DNA of 64,000 bases. Origin: a virus. Positions 57,816 through 64,000 of this stretch are shown here, piece by piece. Location of the stretch: the IMG/VR virus record IMGVR_UViG_3300045988_183421; one strand, written 5' to 3'. Position 1 is the stretch's first letter; each line of letters starts with the position of its first letter. The notes below the pieces were generated by a model that had not been told where the DNA came from, searched no databases, and saw nothing but the letters and a program-made list of their open reading frames with translations. The position numbers and the translations under genes are program-made.

Positions 57816-58067
57816 ATGAAAACTTTTAACGAGTATGTCGCGGAGACTACTGCTCCTATCATTATGGACGCTGTTCGTATGCAGAAGTACGAAAAGCGCA
57901 TTCGTTCTGCACGCATCGAAAAGAGAAAGCGTACCATGCGCAGCGACAAGAGCATTTCTATTGTTAAGAACACGCTGAAAAAGCGTGGCTACTACAGTGA
58001 GAAGACCAAGGGTGTTCCTGCGCGTTCTATCAACAGCGATGTCGAAAAGTATTTCGAGGTGGCGTGA
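57816..58067 (+). CDS. Small basic protein of 83 aa, hypothetical.
   Basis: RBS GGAGGA. Confidence 0.55.
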   Translation: MKTFNEYVAETTAPIIMDAVRMQKYEKRIRSARIEKRKRTMRSDKSISIVKNTLKKRGYYSEKTKGVPARSINSDVEKYFEVA

Positions 58068-58079
58068 TAGGAGGACACT

Positions 58080-58376
58080 ATGAGTTACGAGACTGTGATG
58101 ACGGCAGCAAAAATCATTGCCACTGCGCATCCTATCGCACGAGGGGTTTGTAAGTGCGATACGCCTGCAGACGTATCTTTCAAGGATGTTGCCAGTACGC
58201 TTCTCGATTCCGGATGGGAAAGCGTTCTTATTGCCGATAAAAATCTGTTGATTGCGAACACCGATGTCGCAAGAAACGATTATGTGAATGCTCATCCCAA
58301 AAGCAAATTCACGATTTATCGACGGAAAATCGACAAGCACGGCATCCCTCGGAAAGTCACCGAAGTGTGGGGGTGA
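58080..58376 (+). CDS. Hypothetical protein of 98 aa.
   Basis: RBS AGGAGGA. Confidence 0.55.
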   Translation: MSYETVMTAAKIIATAHPIARGVCKCDTPADVSFKDVASTLLDSGWESVLIADKNLLIANTDVARNDYVNAHPKSKFTIYRRKIDKHGIPRKVTEVWG

Positions 58377-59050
58377 AATGTGTGAGCTGCACTCGAACCG
58401 TTTGGCTGATTGACACTGAGAATATCCCTAAAAAATGGGTAAAGACAGTGTATTTCAAGACCAAAAGAGATAAACTAATTATCTTTCTCGGTCCAGAGGC
58501 CACCTGTATGTCACTCAAAGAGTTGCAGGTATTCCTGACAAAATATCCAGCTAACCAAGTTGAGTTCTGCAATTCCAATGCAGGAAAAAACAGCATGGAT
58601 TTTCACATTGCGGCCAAGCTTGGAAGCCTTTGCACAACAGGGAAGAAAAGCCATTATATCATCGTATCGGGAGATAAAGGATATGATGGGCTTATTCAGA
58701 CCATGTGCGAAAATGGATTTTGTGTTAGTCGAATGACTTGTGATGCAGCACCCGCACAAAAAGAATCACCGGAAACGGTGAAAAGTATTTCTGCTATCAC
58801 TGATAGCAAAAGCAAGGAAGTTTTTTGCGCACGACTTCGAGAATTGTGTATTCAGCAAAAAATTAACACTGAAAACACAAACAAGATTATCGATGCTGCA
58901 AAGAAAATTTCTTCTCCTTACAAAAAGAATTTCATCACGCATGTCAATCCTAAGATTTCTCATGCCGGTGCCGGAAATGCACAAAACGCAGCGCATGCTG
59001 CAGCACTGATGAGAGCTGTAAAGAAAGAAATATATCCTTTGCTTGCATAA
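58367..59050 (+). CDS. NYN/LabA-like (PIN-fold) domain protein.
   Basis: 'RTVWLIDTENIPKKW' resembles the NYN N-terminal 'vavFIDgeNl' motif. It overlaps the upstream gene. Confidence 0.4.
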   Translation: MGVKCVSCTRTVWLIDTENIPKKWVKTVYFKTKRDKLIIFLGPEATCMSLKELQVFLTKYPANQVEFCNSNAGKNSMDFHIAAKLGSLCTTGKKSHYIIVSGDKGYDGLIQTMCENGFCVSRMTCDAAPAQKESPETVKSISAITDSKSKEVFCARLRELCIQQKINTENTNKIIDAAKKISSPYKKNFITHVNPKISHAGAGNAQNAAHAAALMRAVKKEIYPLLA

Positions 59051-59061
59051 TTCAAAACCCA

Positions 59062-59092
59062 ACCGCTTACCTTTTCGGGTGAGCGGTTTTTA
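59062..59092 (+). terminator. Terminator.
   Basis: ACCGCTTACC-ttttc-GGGTGAGCGGT followed by TTTTT. Confidence 0.7.
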
Positions 59093-59117
59093 TTAAAAAG
59101 TATAAGAAAGGAATATA

Positions 59118-59465
59118 ATGCTTAAAGATATTACAATTCAGCATGGTGATTTTGGGACTGTTCAGCCGGAGATTATTCATATCTCTGTCAAGGGAAAGTC
59201 TCTCGGCACTGGTTCTTTTTTTGGTATGTTGTTAAGGCATATTGAAAAAGAAAAGGGAACTGATAGCGGAATGGCTGCATTTTCTCTTGCGATGTTGGCT
59301 GATAAGCCTGCTGTTATCTATGTTGATGATGTTATGGCGGCCGCCGATGACACTTTGCTGAATCCCGGCGCACTTATCAGCTACGGTGTGGATATCGCCA
59401 AGAACGCATCGCCCAAATGGACAGTCATTATTACGAAGAGTATTGATACCGCACTTTGTAAATGA
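59118..59465 (+). CDS. Hypothetical protein of 115 aa.
   Basis: ORF with RBS AAGAAAGGAA. Confidence 0.5.
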   Translation: MLKDITIQHGDFGTVQPEIIHISVKGKSLGTGSFFGMLLRHIEKEKGTDSGMAAFSLAMLADKPAVIYVDDVMAAADDTLLNPGALISYGVDIAKNASPKWTVIITKSIDTALCK

Positions 59466-59481
59466 GGAGGGCATAATCGAT

Positions 59482-60021
59482 ATGAAATATAGTTGGAACG
59501 CTAAAACGCCTATGACTTCTCCTGATATGGTTGCGAAACCTATCAAGTGGAATCCGATGAGTGAGGACTGGAAAAAACGAGTGGAGGCAATGCAGCTGTA
59601 CAACGAGGACGCTACCGCGCCTTGGCTCACAAACGAAATGAAAAAGACTTTGCGTGCTCTGCGTGATAGAATTTTAACTTTCGGCGGTGATGAGGTTTTG
59701 CTCAATACCCGTGATGAGGATGCGGAAAAAGTTTTGGAACGAGGACAGTTCTTCTATGGCTCCAAGTACATGAAGAAGGGCGAAGATTGTCGTTGCCATC
59801 AGAACGCTGCTTATCTGTGGGATGCAAATCGTGGCAGATGTCAGATTGCGACCGGATATGCCCTGAGCGAAGATGGCCTTTGGCGACAGCATTCGTGGGT
59901 CGTTCAGCCTATGACGCGTACCGTTAAGGTGTGGGAAACCACCGTCAAGCGTGTTGCCTACTTTGGTGTTGTGTTGAACGATGAGGAATGTCAGGAGTTC
60001 TTTGACATCGTGACATATTAA
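59482..60021 (+). CDS. Hypothetical protein of 179 aa.
   Basis: RBS GAGGAGGG. Confidence 0.55.
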   Translation: MKYSWNAKTPMTSPDMVAKPIKWNPMSEDWKKRVEAMQLYNEDATAPWLTNEMKKTLRALRDRILTFGGDEVLLNTRDEDAEKVLERGQFFYGSKYMKKGEDCRCHQNAAYLWDANRGRCQIATGYALSEDGLWRQHSWVVQPMTRTVKVWETTVKRVAYFGVVLNDEECQEFFDIVTY

Positions 60022-60037
60022 GAAGCGAGGTACATTT

Positions 60038-60259
60038 ATGACTTTCCCAAATCGAGAAATCGTCGCTGCGCTCCGTGCCGAATATCCAGCTGGGACACGC
60101 GTGAAACTGCTGAAAATGGATGATATTCAGGCTCCGCCTATTGGAACACTCGGCACAGTTTCAGGTATAGACGATACCGGCAGTATCATGGTTTGCTGGG
60201 ATAACGGCTCTGGTCTGTTCGTGGTTTACGGTGAAGATGTCGTTGAAAAAGTACCGTGA
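60038..60259 (+). CDS. DUF4314-like small protein, a type common on Clostridial plasmids and ICEs.
   Basis: 'MDDIQAPPIGTLGTVSGIDDTGSIMVCWDNGSGLFVVYGED'. Confidence 0.45.
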   Translation: MTFPNREIVAALRAEYPAGTRVKLLKMDDIQAPPIGTLGTVSGIDDTGSIMVCWDNGSGLFVVYGEDVVEKVP

Positions 60260-60289
60260 ATACGATGTTGCATTCCTGTTGTGGCTATC

Positions 60290-60317
60290 TTGTCAATTGC
60301 TGCAAAGTAGATATAAT
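60290..60317 (+). promoter_or_regulatory. Promoter family A, copy 5 (TTGTCA-attgctgcaaagtaga-TATAAT).
   Basis: Conserved element followed by AGATAAATCAAAG. Confidence 0.6.
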
Positions 60318-60380
60318 TAAGGAACTAAGATAAATCAAAGTATCAATTCCTTGACTTGTTTTAGTTCAAAATCTGTTCGT

Positions 60381-60413
60381 GCAGCCATCTCAATCGAGAT
60401 GGCTGTTTTTTTG
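60381..60413 (+). terminator. Leader terminator-like hairpin downstream of promoter A5.
   Basis: GCAGCCATCTC-aatcg-AGATGGCTG followed by TTTTTTT, 23 nt before the ATG. Confidence 0.65.
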
Positions 60414-60435
60414 TTGTGTTAAGGAGGAAATTGAA

Positions 60436-60633
60436 ATGTTTACAATTAACGTAAAAGAAAACAACGCCGTCAAGAAGTATATCTGCAGCTCCGCAAAAGC
60501 CGTGGCAGCAAAAATGTCTGAGCTTGCTCTGTGGACGAAGGATGTGCAAATCAGTTGGGGTGATGATGTCTACGGCACCGCTTACGATGCCCAGCGACAG
60601 ATTCCGGCCAACGATTTTCTGGCTTTTGTTTGA
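60436..60633 (+). CDS. Small hypothetical protein of 65 aa.
   Basis: RBS AAGGAGG. Confidence 0.55.
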   Translation: MFTINVKENNAVKKYICSSAKAVAAKMSELALWTKDVQISWGDDVYGTAYDAQRQIPANDFLAFV

Positions 60634-60654
60634 TTGAGAAGGGAGATAAGTGCT

Positions 60655-61395
60655 ATGTTTAAGATTTGTAATGATAAGACTTATTATGTTGTTCAGACCA
60701 CCTCTGAAGATGTAGTTGTCGAAATCTATACCAAAAAAGACGGACGAGGTAGTGGCATCAGTCTTCATGAAATGCATCTCGACCTGTGCCGTGCTATCCG
60801 AAAGCTGCAGCATGATGGTTATACAATCATGAAGGTTTATCCTGCAATGGGCGACCGAAGAGAGAGTATTGATGTGCTGTCTATGCCGGAATTCATCCAG
60901 TCTGCGAAATGTCCCGACAACGATGTTGAGGAAGCGGTTGTCTTTTCTTACTTCGAGTCCGGAGCAACATTCCAGTTGCCTTGCAAGGTAAACAAGAAAA
61001 CGCACGAAATTTTCGATGTCACCTGTGCAGTAATGCCGTGTGACGACGACTGTTTCAGTTATGCAGAAGTGGAAATCAACGGCAAGGATTATCCTGTCAA
61101 TTTTATTGACGATATTCTTAGCGAAAACAATGTTGATGATGCGCTGGATGAGTTTTATCGAATTCAGCAGACAGGCGAGTATTGGCAGCCTGCTGGCAAC
61201 AAAACGCTGGATGATGCCATTCACGAATGTCGTTGGGCGATTCTGAAAGACGCCTTGATGCAGCGCGGTCATGATGCCGTTGCCGATTTTGTTGGCACCG
61301 ATGTTTCCAGTGATTCTTACGAAAGACTGTTGGATGAAACGGAAGCACAGATGCCGAGCGAGGAATTCGAAAAGTTCTGGGAGAGATACATTTGA
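60655..61395 (+). CDS. Hypothetical protein of 246 aa.
   Basis: RBS AAGGGAG. Confidence 0.6.
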   Translation: MFKICNDKTYYVVQTTSEDVVVEIYTKKDGRGSGISLHEMHLDLCRAIRKLQHDGYTIMKVYPAMGDRRESIDVLSMPEFIQSAKCPDNDVEEAVVFSYFESGATFQLPCKVNKKTHEIFDVTCAVMPCDDDCFSYAEVEINGKDYPVNFIDDILSENNVDDALDEFYRIQQTGEYWQPAGNKTLDDAIHECRWAILKDALMQRGHDAVADFVGTDVSSDSYERLLDETEAQMPSEEFEKFWERYI

Positions 61396-61466
61396 GGAGG
61401 ACTTATTTTGGAAAATATGTATGTGTTGAGCCGTAAAGCGTAAGAGCGATACTACCAACATTAACG
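61322..61466 (+). repeat. Direct repeat copy 1. It covers the 3' end of gene 60655..61395, the RBS, and a decayed 5' end of a 'MENMY..' gene carrying a 35-bp deletion.
   Basis: Aligns to 61906-62085 at over 90% identity apart from the deletion. Confidence 0.7.
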
Positions 61467-61512
61467 TGTTCCAAAAAGTCATCGCTGAAGACAAAAAGAA
61501 GGAGACGAAAGC

Positions 61513-61854
61513 ATGACATCCTATTATCCGGGTGACCTACCCCCGATTACGGGTAATCCAGACGACATTTTCCTTTGTGACCCTATTAAAGAGGCAGCAT
61601 CTGAATACTTGCAGTCGGAAGCTAAGCGTCGAAAGGAAATCATCGCTCAAATCGAAAAAGCTGATGCCATCACATATCAGTTAAACACTGGTATTTACAT
61701 TATTGTAAGCCCATCATTTGAGCCAGATTATGCCTACCGAGTTACTTATATGGATTCGCAAGGGCCGTATGCTCACAACGATTTTGCAACAGCATCAAAA
61801 GTCGCTGATGAAATTGGGGCTGGTGCTGTAGCATTGGAAGCTGTTATCATTTGA
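61513..61854 (+). CDS. Hypothetical protein of 113 aa, bracketed by the direct repeats.
   Basis: RBS AAGGAGACGAAAG. Confidence 0.55.
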   Translation: MTSYYPGDLPPITGNPDDIFLCDPIKEAASEYLQSEAKRRKEIIAQIEKADAITYQLNTGIYIIVSPSFEPDYAYRVTYMDSQGPYAHNDFATASKVADEIGAGAVALEAVII

Positions 61855-61905
61855 CGAAAATAAATACCCTAATAAGGAAAGGAAATGTTTCCAGCGATTC
61901 CTACA

Positions 61906-62085
61906 AAAGACTGCTGGATGAAGCGAAAGCACAGATGCCGAGCGAGGAATTCGAGAAGTTCTGAGAGAAATATATTTGAGGAGGACTTATTTTGGAAAAT
62001 ATGTATGCGCTAAGCCGTAAAGACCCGTTTTTTGGAGATGTGCGTTTTTACGTAGAGTGTAAGAGTGATACTGCCAACATTAACG
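61906..62085 (+). repeat. Direct repeat copy 2. It holds a remnant of the upstream gene's 3' end plus the intact RBS and 5' end of gene 61992..62180.
   Basis: See copy 1. Confidence 0.7.
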
Positions 62086-62180
62086 AAGCGACGCGGTTCA
62101 GCTTGGATGAGGCGATGAAGCGGGCAAAGTTCCTGAATTGTGGAGCTTGCCACTATTCTTGCGTACGCGTACCCGCGTAA
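61992..62180 (+). CDS. Small hypothetical protein (TTG start, or ATG at 62001).
   Basis: RBS GAGGAGG lies 8 nt upstream of the TTG. Confidence 0.45.
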   Translation: MENMYALSRKDPFFGDVRFYVECKSDTANINEATRFSLDEAMKRAKFLNCGACHYSCVRVPA

Positions 62181-62197
62181 GACAAAGGAGAAAATAA

Positions 62198-62995
62198 ATG
62201 GCAAACAATATCATGAATATCATGTCTGTTTCTTTCAATTCTCAGGCAGAGTTGGAGGATTTTCTGAATCGTGTCAAGGGAAAAGACGATGATGGCGAAA
62301 AAGATTTTTCGCTTCAGTCTGTTGTTCCTATGCCGGAATCACTGCAAATCGTATCGCCATGTGACAGGATGCTCGCATGGGCGGCCGTAAATAAATACGG
62401 AATTGACCCGGAGAAGTATCCGGAAAACGTAAGAAAGGCTATTTGCAGAGAAACTTTTCTCCTGCACAGGAAGGAAAAACTTACTGCATCAGATATGGTT
62501 GGTGTTTGCAAGGAAGCTGCGGAAGCTCGCTCCAAACTGGAACACGTGAAAGATAGCAAACTCATCAACCTGAAACGTATCCCCTATAATGTCGAAGAGT
62601 TCGATACTGTAGCGGAGCGTGCTTTGGAAAATGCCGTAAAATATGGATATGCTTCATGGTATTATTGGCGTGTCGCAAACTGGGGCGTAAAGTGGGATGT
62701 TTTTGATGTGAATATCCGTAGAATAAATGATACGGAAATTGCCATCAATTTTAAAACCCCTTGGAATACACCTGCATGCGCCATTGTCGAACTGAGCCGT
62801 AAATTTCCACACGCCAATATTCGTGTAAAATACGCGGATGAGGATATCGGAAGTAATTGTGGCTGGTATGCGCTTTGCAAAGGAGATTTTGTTGACGACG
62901 GTTATCCCAGCAAAGGTAACGCAGCAATCGATTTTGCTTGTAATATCTGGGGCTACGACGCCAATGCGTATCGTGCAGAGATGAGTTTGCTGTAA
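62198..62995 (+). CDS. Hypothetical protein of 265 aa.
   Basis: RBS AAAGGAGAAAA. Confidence 0.6.
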   Translation: MANNIMNIMSVSFNSQAELEDFLNRVKGKDDDGEKDFSLQSVVPMPESLQIVSPCDRMLAWAAVNKYGIDPEKYPENVRKAICRETFLLHRKEKLTASDMVGVCKEAAEARSKLEHVKDSKLINLKRIPYNVEEFDTVAERALENAVKYGYASWYYWRVANWGVKWDVFDVNIRRINDTEIAINFKTPWNTPACAIVELSRKFPHANIRVKYADEDIGSNCGWYALCKGDFVDDGYPSKGNAAIDFACNIWGYDANAYRAEMSLL

Positions 62996-63051
62996 GTAAA
63001 GCGAAAAAATAAAACCCCCGGAAAAAGTTGAAGCGCCACTAAATAGCTGCG

Positions 63052-63080
63052 CTTGCAAATTGCTGCAAAATCGATATACT
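63052..63080 (+). promoter_or_regulatory. Promoter family A, copy 6 (CTTGCA-aattgctgcaaaatcga-TATACT).
   Basis: Conserved element followed by GATAGATAAAATACAAT. Confidence 0.55.
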
Positions 63081-63124
63081 AAGTATATTCGATAGATAAA
63101 ATACAATTACAATTCAAAATCAAT

Positions 63125-63161
63125 ATACCGCTATCTCGTAAGAGGTGGCGGTATTTTTTGT
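63125..63161 (+). terminator. Leader terminator-like hairpin downstream of promoter A6.
   Basis: ATACCGC..(CTC-gtaa-GAG)..GCGGTAT followed by TTTTTTG. Confidence 0.6.
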
Positions 63162-63188
63162 TATCGCCGAAAGGATGATGAAGAAAAA

Positions 63189-63644
63189 TTGATAAAAAAG
63201 ACAAAAAGCTGTTTATCAAGTCAGGAGTTTCCCGGCAAAAATATCGTTTGTGTTTTTTGTGATAGTAGTGGTGTTTTCAAAAACGAATCTATTGAAAGCA
63301 TGTTTCCGGATGCCAAGGTACGGTATGACAAATCTGAACATCACTTGGGACATGTTGTGAACTGCTATGGTAATAAAAGGACCGTAATAGCAGATATGAT
63401 TTGTCTTGAAAGTAACAAGGTGAATTACGGATACTTATACGGTTGTTTCCTACAAGTGGTCATGAAAGCAAAGCTGGCCGAAGCAAATATTCTGCTTATG
63501 AGCCCCGGCTGCAAAATCACAGAAAATCAATGGCACAAAATCAAGCCAATCCTTGAAGGCGCTCTTGAGAAAGAGGGACCAGATGTGGACGTGATTGTTT
63601 GCTTGTCGAATGATGATAATGTCATTCGTGTTCGTTGTGCCTGA
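63189..63644 (+). CDS. Hypothetical protein (TTG start).
   Basis: ORF of 151 aa with a weak RBS. Confidence 0.45.
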   Translation: MIKKTKSCLSSQEFPGKNIVCVFCDSSGVFKNESIESMFPDAKVRYDKSEHHLGHVVNCYGNKRTVIADMICLESNKVNYGYLYGCFLQVVMKAKLAEANILLMSPGCKITENQWHKIKPILEGALEKEGPDVDVIVCLSNDDNVIRVRCA

Positions 63645-63666
63645 CTGTTTATAAAGGAGAATTATC

Positions 63667-63978
63667 GTGACAAAGGTTTTTACAATTGTTGCCAATGAGG
63701 CTATTGGCTTATCCACAACGGAATGCACGCTGATGCAATTCAGCTATAATCCGGAGCAAATCCATGACCCGGAAAGTGTCCTGCGCGGCGCAATCAAAGA
63801 TTATCTCAAGACGGACGAAGGCAAACGACAGCTTGAAATCAACTGTGGTTGCTGGAACTGGGGCGATGTCGATGACATTCCCGGCTCGTTCTTCTTGAAT
63901 TACGGTCTGGGTAAAATTACACCACTGGATGTGGATATTATCGTTGACCGCAATGAGAGCTTTGCGGACGAGAATTGA
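63667..63978 (+). CDS. Hypothetical protein (GTG start).
   Basis: RBS AAAGGAGA lies 7 nt upstream of the GTG. Confidence 0.5.
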   Translation: MTKVFTIVANEAIGLSTTECTLMQFSYNPEQIHDPESVLRGAIKDYLKTDEGKRQLEINCGCWNWGDVDDIPGSFFLNYGLGKITPLDVDIIVDRNESFADEN

Positions 63979-64000
63979 TGAAAGGAGTAAATAGAATGTA

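Noticed and set aside
62995-63060. AAGCGC..GCGCTT hairpin after gene 62198..62995 as a terminator
   Set aside because: No T-run follows, and the 3' arm overlaps the -35 of promoter A6, so it is more likely part of the promoter context.
1-64000. CRISPR array, cas genes, rRNA and tRNA genes
   Set aside because: No short direct-repeat/spacer arrays are present. No tRNA-like cloverleaf regions or rRNA signature sequences were seen. The TnpB-like gene has no adjacent repeat array.

Overview
64 kb from a low-to-moderate-GC Firmicute, probably Clostridia-like, with dense coding, GGAGG ribosome-binding sites and rho-independent terminators throughout. Two giant surface adhesins take up about 28 kb: a protein of at least 6557 aa that enters from the left edge, and a 2647-aa protein. 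Both carry MBG (YGD) repeats, the first also carries DUF11-like repeats, and both end in an N-x-K-T-G sorting motif followed by a transmembrane helix and a basic tail. The most interesting locus lies at 51.9-56.1 kb: a SecY paralogue, a SecG-like and a SecE-like protein, a trigger-factor-like lipoprotein that lacks the ribosome-binding domain, and a class-B sortase. I read this as a dedicated export and anchoring module for the NxKTG adhesins. Between 33 and 47 kb and again from 57 to 64 kb the genes look plasmid- or episome-like: a ParM/ParR partition pair with an XRE regulator and iteron-like repeats, a phage-type Dam methylase with an unusual NPPT motif, two RNase-HI-like genes, a sigma-like protein, and many small zinc-ribbon and hypothetical genes. 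A degenerate IS200/IS605 cluster at 47-50.2 kb contains a frameshifted TnpA, two fragments of an older TnpB, and an intact 578-aa TnpB-like protein that has RuvC motifs but no zinc finger, followed by a strongly structured non-coding region. Two families of near-identical promoters recur through the window. Five of the six copies of the TTGCAAATTGCTGCAAAGTAGATATAAT family are followed by an intrinsic-terminator-like hairpin in the 5' leader. The flotillin gene and the TnpA are each disrupted by a one-base deficit in an A-run. I found no CRISPR array, no rRNA or tRNA genes and no phage structural genes.
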